This document shows, one piece after another, positions 36,753 to 46,399 of a stretch of 64,000 nucleotides of DNA. The translations under genes and the position numbers were made by a program. The notes under the pieces were generated by a model. That model saw nothing but the letters and a program-made list of their open reading frames with translations, did not search any database and was not told where the DNA came from. The stretch comes from Polyangiaceae bacterium (lineage in GTDB: Bacteria > Myxococcota_A > Polyangia > Polyangiales > Polyangiaceae), in assembly GCA_965222375.1 (NCBI GenBank), contig CBDCTZ010000016.1:864001-928000 (forward strand), given 5' to 3'. The first letter of the stretch is position 1. Every line of letters begins with the position of its first letter.

Positions 36753-38951
36753 ATGTCCACGCCTGCACTGTCGGTCATCGCTCCCTGCTTCAACGAAGAA
36801 CTCAATATCCCCGAGCTTGCACGACGCGTACTGAACGTCTTCGATCGAGCAGAACTTCCAGGGGAACTAATCCTCGTCGACGACGGATCCCAGGACGCTA
36901 CCCAGCGGGCCATTCAGGCCCAGGAAAAGGCAAACCCGGGTCGAGTGACGGGTCGTTTTCACGCCACCAACCGCGGGATGGCTCACGCGTGGAAGACCGG
37001 AGTGACTGCGGCACGTGCGCCCGTGGTGGCAGTGATTGACGCCGATCTCCAATACCAGCCCGAAGATTTGATCCGCCTGTACCAACAACTGATCGAGCAC
37101 AGCATCGACGTGGTGCAAGGTTGGCGTAGCGCCGTTGGGCGTGAACGCGGTGGCCGGTATCACATCAGCCGAGGCTTCAACGTGCTTCTGAACGTCGCGT
37201 TCGGAATGAACCTGCAGGACAACAAGAGCGGGTTCGTTATGTGCGGGAAAGAGGTGATGGAAGACCTGCTCACCTATGACGGGGACTACTACTATTGGCA
37301 GTCGTTCATCATGGTGGCCGCACATGCCAAGGGTTACTCCTACAAGGAGGTTGAGACCTTGTTCGAGAACCGCCGCGCCGGGCAGAGCTTCTTGGATGGC
37401 AACACCTTCAAGGCAGTCGCCCGTTCATTTGTGGACTTGGGCAAGGCCACCTGGGAATACCGGGTCAAGCGGCGGGTTCCGAATGTGAGCGAGCAATTCC
37501 TGCGGCGCTACCCGGTACGGGACCGGAGCCAACCCTTGACACCCGCACGCAGGCTGGAGTGGCAAAGTTACCTGGCCGTCTTCGACCGGACTCACTGGAT
37601 GATCACCCGCGACGTCGAGCGCTACTACGACTCTCTGCGTGAGACCCAGTGGCTCGAACCGGATCAGCTGCGAGAACTGCAAGATGAAAAGCTGCGCCGG
37701 CTAGTTCGGCATGCCTACCGCAACGTGCCCTACTACCGGCGGCAGATGCGCGAAGCCAAGATCACCCCCCAAGACATCCGTGGCCAACGGGATTTATTCA
37801 AGCTGCCCTTGCTATCCAAAACGAACGTTCGCGAACACCTCTACTTCGACATTCTGAGCGAAAACCACGACAAAGATCAGGTGCTGCGAATCAGCACGAG
37901 TGGCTCCACCGGGGAGCCCTTTGTTTGTTATGCGGATCGCGCGCAGCTCGAGTTCCGCTGGGCAGCCAGATTGCGCTCCCAGGAGTGGACGGGGTACCAG
38001 TTTGGCGATCCGTCCGTGCTGTTGTGGCGTCAAGGTCCGGGCATGTCGCCCGGTCAAGCGATGCGTGAGCGCCTGGATGCGCAGCTCACCCGGCGCAAAC
38101 TCATCTCCGTATTCGAGATGCGCGATGACAAGCTCGAGGGTATGGCGCAGGAGATTGCTGCGCACCAGCCGGTGCTAATCGACGGCGATTCCGAGGTGTT
38201 GGACTTCCTCGCGCAGTACTTGAAGAGGAGCGATGGCGTATCGGTTCAACCCGGGGCTCTCATGTCGAGCGCACAGACCCTTCCGGAAGCCAGCCGCGCG
38301 CTGATGGAGGAGGCATTTGGCTGCAAAGTCTTCGACCAATACGGGTCCAGAGAGTTTTCCGGCATCGCCTACGAGTGCGATGCGCACAGCGGTCACCACG
38401 TCGTGGGCGAGGGCTACATCGTGGAAATCCTGCGAGATGGTGTGCCCGTCGCGCCCGGGGAAGTCGGAGAGGTCGTAGTCACAGATCTGAATAACTGGTG
38501 CCTGCCGTTCATTCGCTATCGCATCGGTGATCTCGCTGTGGCGGTGGACCCGACGCAGAAGTGCCACTGTGGGCGCGGCCTGCCGCTGGTGGGCAATATT
38601 GAGGGCAGAGTGCAATCGATCATTCAGGGAACCGACGGGCGCTATGTGCCTGGGACCTTCTTCTCCCACTATCTCAAAGAGTTCGACCACGCCCTCGTGC
38701 GTTTCCAGGTCGTTCAGGAACGGCAAGGCGCAATCGTGTTCCGGGTAGTCAAGGGTGGACGTTACTCTGACAGCATATTGCAGGAGATACTGTCGACTTT
38801 CCGAAAATACTTGGGGAGCGACATGAAGATTGACGTGGAGTTCGTTGATAACGCGCACATGGTTCAGAGTGACGAACGCCTTGCCAGCGTGTCGCGGCTA
38901 CCGGTTGACTTTCAGTCTGGTGCACCCCGACGAGCCAAGACGGTGAGCTGA
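36753..38951 (+). CDS. GT2 glycosyltransferase fused to phenylacetate-CoA ligase/CapK-like adenylation domain
   Basis: SVIAPCFNEE, VDDGSQD, IDADLQ (GT2, polyprenol-P type); then HAYRNVPYY, STSGSTGEP, DQYGSREF, PFIRYRIGD, C.CGRGLP. Confidence 0.9.
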   Translation: MSTPALSVIAPCFNEELNIPELARRVLNVFDRAELPGELILVDDGSQDATQRAIQAQEKANPGRVTGRFHATNRGMAHAWKTGVTAARAPVVAVIDADLQYQPEDLIRLYQQLIEHSIDVVQGWRSAVGRERGGRYHISRGFNVLLNVAFGMNLQDNKSGFVMCGKEVMEDLLTYDGDYYYWQSFIMVAAHAKGYSYKEVETLFENRRAGQSFLDGNTFKAVARSFVDLGKATWEYRVKRRVPNVSEQFLRRYPVRDRSQPLTPARRLEWQSYLAVFDRTHWMITRDVERYYDSLRETQWLEPDQLRELQDEKLRRLVRHAYRNVPYYRRQMREAKITPQDIRGQRDLFKLPLLSKTNVREHLYFDILSENHDKDQVLRISTSGSTGEPFVCYADRAQLEFRWAARLRSQEWTGYQFGDPSVLLWRQGPGMSPGQAMRERLDAQLTRRKLISVFEMRDDKLEGMAQEIAAHQPVLIDGDSEVLDFLAQYLKRSDGVSVQPGALMSSAQTLPEASRALMEEAFGCKVFDQYGSREFSGIAYECDAHSGHHVVGEGYIVEILRDGVPVAPGEVGEVVVTDLNNWCLPFIRYRIGDLAVAVDPTQKCHCGRGLPLVGNIEGRVQSIIQGTDGRYVPGTFFSHYLKEFDHALVRFQVVQERQGAIVFRVVKGGRYSDSILQEILSTFRKYLGSDMKIDVEFVDNAHMVQSDERLASVSRLPVDFQSGAPRRAKTVS

Positions 38952-39183
38952 TGGCGTTCCGGCAAGCGGCGGACACCGGAGTCGCGCCGCCCATGGTGTG
39001 CGGCAGTTGGCGTCAACGCTGGCAGCGGGTGGGAACCTGGACGTGGCGTCGACGGGCGTCAGCGCGTACTACCATCTGATCTGCGCCTAGCCACGGGACT
39101 CGAAACCTGTGGGTAAGTTCACTGCCAGCCCGACGTAGCTCGTCCCCGTGCACTGCCCGAGAATCGATGGTATGTCGGCCTGA

Positions 39184-39879
39184 ATGCAAGACCAAGCCGC
39201 AGCTGTTCCAGGGACCGCAGAAGAGGTTGAAGCGCTCAACGATCGCCTCGCGCTGGAACACTCCATCGACGACTATTACGGGAATTCTCTGTTCCTCGTG
39301 CGCTGGATTGAGCAGCGTCGACTGGACATCATTCGGGAGATGGTCGGTGCAACCCCCGGAATGAAAGTCATGGAGGTGGGGTCCGGCGGCGGGCATGTGC
39401 TGCGCATGTTCAAGCAGGCCAAGTTGACCGCCGTGGACGTCTCGGATGTCTTTCTGTCAACGGCCAAGAAGAACCTGGCAGGCTACCACGTCGAGTTCTT
39501 AAAAGGGGAGGTGCAGACCCTCGGACTGCCGGAAGATAGTTTCGACCGCATCATCTGCACCGAAGTGCTCGAGCACACGGCCGAGCCAGAGAGCGTGCTT
39601 GCGGAGATCCAGCGTCTGCTGAAGCCGACCGGCTACGCGGTCATCACCGTGCCCGTGGACCCCTTGATTGACGGACTGAAGAAAGTCGTGCGGTTTACGC
39701 CCATTGGGTTTCTGCTGCGCGAGCGGCTGAACTGGGGAGGAGACCACTACCACTTTCACAAGTGGTGGCCCTGGCAGTTCGAAAGCGTACTGAAGCGCTA
39801 CTTCGACATTCAATGTAAGGACGCCGCGCCCTTCGCCTTTCTGCCCGTGCGTGCTTGCTTCAAGTGCAGCATTCGCTGA
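39184..39879 (+). CDS. Class I SAM-dependent methyltransferase
   Basis: MEVGSGGG, SFDRIICTEVLEH, RLLKPTG..VITVP. Confidence 0.9.
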   Translation: MQDQAAAVPGTAEEVEALNDRLALEHSIDDYYGNSLFLVRWIEQRRLDIIREMVGATPGMKVMEVGSGGGHVLRMFKQAKLTAVDVSDVFLSTAKKNLAGYHVEFLKGEVQTLGLPEDSFDRIICTEVLEHTAEPESVLAEIQRLLKPTGYAVITVPVDPLIDGLKKVVRFTPIGFLLRERLNWGGDHYHFHKWWPWQFESVLKRYFDIQCKDAAPFAFLPVRACFKCSIR

Positions 39880-39892
39880 CCCCTGACCGCCC

Positions 39893-41641
39893 ATGACTCG
39901 AGGCACCACCTCCGCGTGGCTCCCGGGCCTTGGGCTCATTGCGGTATTTGCCGCGCTCAGTCGGCGCATGCTGGGGGACTTCGACTTGCCTTGGCACTTG
40001 GCAATGGGTCGCGTTGTCGCGTCGACGCGAAGCTTGCCCAAGGTCGATGACCTGGCCTTCACCCATCGCCCGATTCAGTACACGGAATTCGTGAGCGACC
40101 TCACGCTCTACGCCGCGCACCAGCTGGCTGGCCCGCTGGGGATCCAGGTGTTGGTGGCCCTGGCCGTCGTGGCCACCGCCGGCCTGGTTTGGGCTTGCCA
40201 GCGCAAAGTGGGCCCCATGGCATGGGTGGCTGTTGCCCTCAGTCTGGCGGCGATGAACGCCTGGCTCATCGCGCGGCCAGCCACGTTTGGGTTCTGCATG
40301 CTGGCTGCGGCGCTGTTCTTGTTCGAGACGCACCGTGCGGCACCGACCACGCGTGGTGGTACTCGCGCGCTCTTCAGCTTGGTGCCGCTCTTCGTACTGT
40401 GGGCCAACGTGCACCCGAGCGTCTTCCTCGGCGTCTCCATCGCCGTTGGTTATGCGGGCTACCGGCTAGTGTGCCGCTATGCAAGAGGTCGAGGGCCTGC
40501 CGGCTTGCTGCCTCTGGAGGAGGGGGTCGACGCGTACCGAACCGTTCTCGTGTGCTTGGCAGCGGTACTCGCGTCCACTCTCAACACTGGGGGGCTGACG
40601 TTGCTACTCGGCCCCCTGCGTGCCCGGGAACACTTCGCGCGCGTGACCGAGTGGGTGAGCCCAAGCAGCGAGTTTCTCTTTCGCATCGAGCCTGCCTGTG
40701 GCGCACTCATGGTCGTCGTGGTTGCCGCGCTCGTGTTTGGGCATGAGCGCCACGGGCGAGTTCCCCGAGCCTACGATCTGGGGCTCGTCGTCATCGCTTT
40801 CGCCATCTCGGCAACCGCGGTGCGTTTGATCGCTTTTGGGGCGATCTTGGTTGGACCCTTCGTTGCGCGCCGGCTCGCCGGTTTCGTCCGGAATACCCGC
40901 CTGATGCAAGGGGTCGCGACCATCTCGCTGGTGGTGGTGGGCTTGATGATGTTCGTGCGGAGCTATGTCGGGATCGGTGTGGGCTTCGAGCCAAAGCACT
41001 TCCCCGAGGGGGCTGTGCGCTACATCGAAGCCAACGAGCCCAGGGGGCACATGTACAACTTCATGCCCTTCGGCGGCTATCTGAGCTGGCGACTCCATCC
41101 CAAGCACCGCGTTCTTGTCGACGGGCGCCAAGCCTTCGTTCACGACAGCCAGCTAGTGGCGCGGGTGCATCAAAGCAACTTCGAGCCTGATGTCTTCCGC
41201 GGTTTGGTGGGCGAGTTCGACATCCAATGGGCGGTTATTCGATCCCGAGAGGGCGAACCCTTCGGAATGCCCCTGGCGCGGTCCAAGGACTTTGCCATGG
41301 TGTTCTTCGACGACGTTGGCGCGATCTATGTACGGCGACCGGGAGTGAACGAGCGCTTGGTGGTTGGGGGCTACGCTCGGTTCCGGCACCTGATGCCGCT
41401 GTCAGTGCCGATTCAGGAAGCCATGGGGGGCAAATTCATTCAGGAGTGGTCCCGAGACGGCGCTCTGGCCGCGCGGCAAGCGCCGCGCAGTCCTCGTGCG
41501 CAGGTTCTCGATGCCTGCGGCGCCCTGGCAACCAAAGATCGCCTTCGCTTCGAAGGCGCCCTGGGGCGACTGGGCCAGCTGGCGCCCGGTCACCCGGCGC
41601 TACAGCTGCTCGAACGCCTCTGGGCAGAGCGCACGCAGTAA
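39893..41641 (+). CDS. Polytopic membrane protein, putative GT-C
   Basis: DFDLPWHLAMGR, ARP..F, LWANVH, FGGYL.W, VDGR motifs. Confidence 0.72.
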   Translation: MTRGTTSAWLPGLGLIAVFAALSRRMLGDFDLPWHLAMGRVVASTRSLPKVDDLAFTHRPIQYTEFVSDLTLYAAHQLAGPLGIQVLVALAVVATAGLVWACQRKVGPMAWVAVALSLAAMNAWLIARPATFGFCMLAAALFLFETHRAAPTTRGGTRALFSLVPLFVLWANVHPSVFLGVSIAVGYAGYRLVCRYARGRGPAGLLPLEEGVDAYRTVLVCLAAVLASTLNTGGLTLLLGPLRAREHFARVTEWVSPSSEFLFRIEPACGALMVVVVAALVFGHERHGRVPRAYDLGLVVIAFAISATAVRLIAFGAILVGPFVARRLAGFVRNTRLMQGVATISLVVVGLMMFVRSYVGIGVGFEPKHFPEGAVRYIEANEPRGHMYNFMPFGGYLSWRLHPKHRVLVDGRQAFVHDSQLVARVHQSNFEPDVFRGLVGEFDIQWAVIRSREGEPFGMPLARSKDFAMVFFDDVGAIYVRRPGVNERLVVGGYARFRHLMPLSVPIQEAMGGKFIQEWSRDGALAARQAPRSPRAQVLDACGALATKDRLRFEGALGRLGQLAPGHPALQLLERLWAERTQ

Positions 41642-41916
41642 CCAATGGAGCAAGCCGCCCCTCCCGACTACGCCGCCGCGAGCGTGTAGAGAGATCGGAC
41701 GCGCCGCGAAACGTGCGCCGCAGCGTGCGGGCGCGTCGCGTGGCCTGGCGCGGGAGCAATGGCCTGTCGCACACCTGTGAACCAACCTCAAATCAAGTGA
41801 TGGAAACGTGCCGCACCTGATTCGTTCATGGCGGTCTCTTGGGACCCTGGTCTTCGCGTGGGCGACGCTTCTTTCCAGCAACCGTGTGGGATATGTAGTA
41901 CACACGCGACCGAACC

Positions 41917-43437
41917 GTGACAGCGAGCCTAGCTTCCATCTTCGGGCGCCTGAGATCGCTTCGGGCGGAGCAAGTCGCGACACTAGTCGTCACGTTGGTG
42001 TACCTGACGCTCGTCCTCATGCCGTGGTGGTCCACGGCGATCGTGCCGTCGATGGACTACCCCGAGTTTTTGACCTTCGTGCGTGCAGCTCAGGACTACC
42101 AGGATCCCAGCTCTCCGTACTACGGCACTTACACTCTGGCGTTTCCTCTAAAACCTCTCGTGCTGCCGATGGGAGTCGCGAGGTTCTTCTCTCTATTCGG
42201 CAGCATCGAGGTGGCCGGCAAACTGCTGTGGACGTTGTATGCGATTGGGATCCCCGTCGCGGGGCTGTGGTTGGCGGCGGAGGGCGGGGGCAGCCGCTGG
42301 AACATCGTGTTGCTCGCACCGTTGGTGTTTTCTCGATGGGTTAGCTACGGTTTTTTCCCCTTCTGCACCGGCGTACCGTTGCTCCTCGCGAGCTTTGCCC
42401 TTGCGCTGCGCTTTTTCCGCAAGCCAACTCGTGGCACGGGGATCGCGTTGGCTGTCCTTGGTGCCAGCCTGGTGTTTTGGCACGCGCTGATTGCTGCGAT
42501 GGGGCTGCTCGGGATCGCGGTTCTGTGGTGCTTGTGGCGAGCGCCGTCGTGGGCGCTTCGCTGGCGGGCTTTGCTTCCGGCGGCACCGATGGCTCTGGGC
42601 TGGCTTGGGTATTTCCTGATGACGTTTCTGGAACCCGAGGAGGCAGCGGAACGGATTTTCTTCGGAGACTTCAGCCTACGATTCGCTAACGACATGTCCT
42701 TCGCTCGGATCTTCATGCAGTTTCCGGGTGCGGATGTCTTCGCCAAGCTGCTCGGGTTGGCTCTCGTCGCGTCGTTGTTGCTTCAGCGCTTTAAGCCCCA
42801 GCTTTCGAACTTTCGCGGGGGCCGACCGATCTTGGCGCTCTCTGCCACGGCGTTGATTTGTTTCTTCGTGCTCCCCCACGATGCCTTCGGCGTCGAGGTA
42901 TTGGCGACGCGCTTCTTGTGGCTATCGACGGTGTTGTTGGCGGCGGGTTGGACCTGGCCTCAGGGAGGCATGCGGCGATTCGTGGTGCTGCTGGCTGTGA
43001 TCGGGATCGGCGGCATGTATCTGCGTGAAGTCACCCTGAGATTTCGTCAGTTTCACAAAGAAACGGCAGGTGCGAGTCGCTTGATGGACACTCTGCCACG
43101 GCGGGCCAATCTGTGGGGCCCGTGGCATGACACCGAGACGCTCGCTTTTCAGAACAAGCCTCTGCGCAGCGCTCATCAGTTGGCTGCGGTTCGCACCGGG
43201 GGCCTGCCCGCTGGGTCTTTCGCTCGGTACAAGCTCAACTACGTTCGCTACGTGAACGAAAACCCCATGCCGCTACTCAATGTGTACGGTTGGGAAAACC
43301 ACCCCGAGCTAACGGCCTTCGACTATGTGCTGCTCCGCAGAGCGATCAGCCGAGATCCTCGCCTGCGGGAGGTGGGGCGCGACGGCGACTGGGTGCTGTA
43401 CGTGATTTGTGGTTCGCGCCTCAAGCCAACCTGTTGA
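41917..43437 (+). CDS. Polytopic membrane protein, putative GT-C (P..D.P family)
   Basis: VPSMDYPEF, YGFFPF, FDYVLLR; homologous by eye to the 32941, 34900 and 43440 proteins. Confidence 0.68.
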   Translation: MTASLASIFGRLRSLRAEQVATLVVTLVYLTLVLMPWWSTAIVPSMDYPEFLTFVRAAQDYQDPSSPYYGTYTLAFPLKPLVLPMGVARFFSLFGSIEVAGKLLWTLYAIGIPVAGLWLAAEGGGSRWNIVLLAPLVFSRWVSYGFFPFCTGVPLLLASFALALRFFRKPTRGTGIALAVLGASLVFWHALIAAMGLLGIAVLWCLWRAPSWALRWRALLPAAPMALGWLGYFLMTFLEPEEAAERIFFGDFSLRFANDMSFARIFMQFPGADVFAKLLGLALVASLLLQRFKPQLSNFRGGRPILALSATALICFFVLPHDAFGVEVLATRFLWLSTVLLAAGWTWPQGGMRRFVVLLAVIGIGGMYLREVTLRFRQFHKETAGASRLMDTLPRRANLWGPWHDTETLAFQNKPLRSAHQLAAVRTGGLPAGSFARYKLNYVRYVNENPMPLLNVYGWENHPELTAFDYVLLRRAISRDPRLREVGRDGDWVLYVICGSRLKPTC

Positions 43438-43439
43438 GC

Positions 43440-44981
43440 TCAGTCTGCGGGCAGGGTGCCGATGTTTTCGTACGCGGCGAACCGACCGCTGCGGGCGACG
43501 AGTCGCACGTTACCGCCTGCTCCGGGAAAAGACTCGGTCGGGGTCTGCCCTTTGGAAAAGCCAGCCAAGTAGTAATGGTAGTAGCGCCCGTGAGCACGGT
43601 AGGAAAAACCGCTGGGACTCTTCCAGTAGGGGCCCGGAGTCCGCCGAGTTCGGAAAGAGATGGGCGTGTTGTCGCTGACTAGGCCTTCCGGCATGTAGCC
43701 GGGCTTCTTGGCTTGGTACAGCAGCAGCACGTTGCGCATGGGAAAGCCCTGATGCAAGCTGTCTTTCTGGTCGTAGATCAGCGGCAGCACACGCTTGTTG
43801 GCGGGGATCTGTTGCAGCACGACGTCGAGGTGCCGGACTTCCGCGTCGAAGACGCCGAAGGTCTGATGCAGCTTCGAGCCCGTATAGGCGAAGACGGCTA
43901 GGCCCGGCAGGATGAGGCCGAGGTGTACGCCGTGCAGCCGGGCTTTGGGCAGGACCAGGAGGAGCAACAGGGCCGGCACCACCACTCGCACGTTGGTCGC
44001 CCAATGGTAGTAGGGCTTGGTGGTATGCGCGGGCGCCATCAGGAAAAACGCGACGACGCCGATGACCGCCAACCCCAGGGACCAATGGGCCTTCGGTGTG
44101 GCGTGAGCTTGGGCACGCGCACCCAGGCAGAGCAAGAGCGTCGCTGCCAGCGCCAGTAGCGCGTATTCGTCGAAGCTGCCGAGCTGTACGTCGTTCGCCC
44201 AAGTCAGGAACGCGCGAAGATTCTCGCCTGGGCTCAGGTAGACTCCTTCGAATCCGGCATCTTTGGTTTCGCCCCGGGACCACCACAGCGCAATGCCCAT
44301 GGCCGGCAAGGCAAATAGGCCGCGCCGGATGATGCGCAACGGGTGATGCACTTGGGAAAAGAAGATGATCGGCCCTGCGATGGCGAAGGCCGCGGCGACC
44401 AGTACGTGGCTGAGGTAGAGCAGCACCAGGAGCAGAGCCAGACCAAGTTCCTTCGTCCACTTGGGGTGGTCCAAGTATTCCTTCAGCAGTGCGACGGTGA
44501 GCACGAAGATGGGTAGGGCAACGACGTTCGAGGTGAAGCCGTAGACAAAGGGCGTATTGTAGACCAGCGGGAACGCGAGCAATCCGTAGCGACGGTCGCG
44601 CCCGAAGCGAGTGGCGAGATAGGAGACGCTCAGCGGCAAAGTCGCAACGTAGGCGCCCAGGATGATTCGGTTGGCGGTCTCGAGGGGCACCAAGCCACCC
44701 AGGATGCGCAGCAGGGAGTAGTAGATCACATATGGAGGCATGCCGCCGCGGGCGACGTACTCACGGGCGATGACGCCATCGCCGTCTAGGTGTCGCCAGA
44801 TCTGCACCAGCGCCAAGTGCGCCGGCCCATCCTGCATCGGCAGGTGGCGCAGAAGCACGACCGGAGCCAAGTACACGCCCAGCAGGGCCAGGTAGAGCAG
44901 GACGAAGAGCTTGTCGTCGAGCAGGACCTTTGCCGCTGCGGTAAGTCGCATCGCGATCGACCGCCGCGCCCGCTCGAGCAT
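43440..44981 (-). CDS. Polytopic membrane protein, putative GT-C (P..D.P.H family)
   Basis: LPMQDGPAH, PYVIYY, YGFTSN, YQAKKPG. Confidence 0.7.
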   Translation of the reverse strand: MLERARRSIAMRLTAAAKVLLDDKLFVLLYLALLGVYLAPVVLLRHLPMQDGPAHLALVQIWRHLDGDGVIAREYVARGGMPPYVIYYSLLRILGGLVPLETANRIILGAYVATLPLSVSYLATRFGRDRRYGLLAFPLVYNTPFVYGFTSNVVALPIFVLTVALLKEYLDHPKWTKELGLALLLVLLYLSHVLVAAAFAIAGPIIFFSQVHHPLRIIRRGLFALPAMGIALWWSRGETKDAGFEGVYLSPGENLRAFLTWANDVQLGSFDEYALLALAATLLLCLGARAQAHATPKAHWSLGLAVIGVVAFFLMAPAHTTKPYYHWATNVRVVVPALLLLLVLPKARLHGVHLGLILPGLAVFAYTGSKLHQTFGVFDAEVRHLDVVLQQIPANKRVLPLIYDQKDSLHQGFPMRNVLLLYQAKKPGYMPEGLVSDNTPISFRTRRTPGPYWKSPSGFSYRAHGRYYHYYLAGFSKGQTPTESFPGAGGNVRLVARSGRFAAYENIGTLPAD

Positions 44982-45028
44982 GGCTCGCTTCTACCACAGT
45001 CGGGAAGCGAGGCGCTGAGCCCCTGGCC

Positions 45029-46006
45029 TCAGTTCTTGTGCCTGCGCCGCTTCAACGCCAGCGCCGCGCCGAGCGCCAGCAGGGCGTAATCGGAGCCGCC
45101 GCCGGGCGTTGGCCCGGGCACGGAGCACGCGCAGCCGCTGTCTGACTCGGGCTCGGGGGACGGAGTGAGATCGCCGAGGGTGCCGCACAGGCTTCCTCCC
45201 GGATGGCTCATGCACCAGAGGGACAGCCACTTGCGTCCTTCTGGCGGCGAGCCGCATTTGGCCACCGCTGCTTTGAGCACTCCTTCGCCGGTGGCAGGGA
45301 GTTCGGAATGGGCGACGCAAAGCTTTTGGGTTGCCTCGTTGTCATCACGCAGGTCCAGCGTGAGTTGTTGGTAGGTCGGAGCGCTGGTGGGGATCGTGAG
45401 ATCGAAGCGGATGCCGTAGGCGTGCAACTCGGTGGTACCAAACGTCCAGGTGTAGGGGCCACAACTGGAGAAGCTTCCACCGGTGCACTTGGTCGTGTCG
45501 CCGACGAGAAACGGCTCTCGTGTCAGCTCGAGCTTGTCGATAGCAGCCTCCGCGAAGTCAGAAGAGGCGCCAGAGGTCGTGAACGTCGTGCGGCCCCCAG
45601 GTGGCTTGCCGAAGCTCCAGCCAGGGTCGACCTCCCAGCTGACACTGTAGGTGGCGTTGGCTTCGAGTAGAGAAGTGGAACGCCACATCAATCTCTTTTG
45701 CACGAGCAACAGGGAGCCCGGCACCTCGGCATCAGCGCCGTCCTTGACCGTGACCGTTACGGAGCTGATGGCATCTGCGTCGGTGGCGCCGTCGGAAAGC
45801 CAGCCGTCGAAGATGAGCAGACCGTCCACCGGCAAGCTGGAGTCGCTCTTGAGTTCCAGGCTCATCCAACCAGCGCCGTACGGCGCCGCGCCCGAACAGC
45901 CGTCCGCAGTGCTCACCATGCGTGGTGACATCAGGGTGGCGGCCATCGCCAACGGAAGAACGAAGAGAGAGCCGATGAGTCCGCGCAGGTGCCGAGTTCG
46001 TCGCAT
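45029..46006 (-). CDS. MYXO-CTERM sorting-signal surface protein with Ig-like domain
   Basis: Signal peptide; C-terminal SGCACSVPG...YALLALGAALALKRRR. Confidence 0.85.
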   Translation of the reverse strand: MRRTRHLRGLIGSLFVLPLAMAATLMSPRMVSTADGCSGAAPYGAGWMSLELKSDSSLPVDGLLIFDGWLSDGATDADAISSVTVTVKDGADAEVPGSLLLVQKRLMWRSTSLLEANATYSVSWEVDPGWSFGKPPGGRTTFTTSGASSDFAEAAIDKLELTREPFLVGDTTKCTGGSFSSCGPYTWTFGTTELHAYGIRFDLTIPTSAPTYQQLTLDLRDDNEATQKLCVAHSELPATGEGVLKAAVAKCGSPPEGRKWLSLWCMSHPGGSLCGTLGDLTPSPEPESDSGCACSVPGPTPGGGSDYALLALGAALALKRRRHKN

Positions 46007-46184
46007 GTCGTGTGAACCCCCGCCTCAAAGCGGTGTGAAGGCTGTGCCAGTCAAATCGACCCCACTTGGCACAGGTTGGCGCGATGTCGTCCGTGTTCAT
46101 CGTAAAATCGTAAAATTACCCACATGCACAGTTGTGTCGGCACGATTTGTCACACGGCACAGTGGCCCAACCCCGCTCCGCCCA

Positions 46185-46260
46185 GCCCCACCCGGGTTGA
46201 TGAGACGCTTGGGCTGGCCCCACCCGGGTTGATTTTCGCCCTGGTTGATTTTCGCCCTGG
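46185..46260. repeat. Cluster of the dispersed CACCCGGGTTGAT repeat upstream of the fdh operon
   Basis: Copies at 46189 and 46221, followed by two GGTTGATTTTCGCCCT units. Confidence 0.85.
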
Positions 46261-46399
46261 CGCCCCCCGTTGCGCCGCGCCGGCGGTTGGCGAGGTCCTC
46301 CCAAGACCTCGGCCTCTCGCCCCGGGTGCCTCGCCTGCCGCCTAGCTCGAACCCACGTTTCTGCGCCCGGTCACGCACCCTGTGCCAAGCTGTGCGGGC

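Noticed and set aside
46066..46082. Sigma54 promoter TTGGCACAGGTTGGCG upstream of fdh
   Set aside because: GG-to-GC spacing is 9 or 11 nt rather than the required 10
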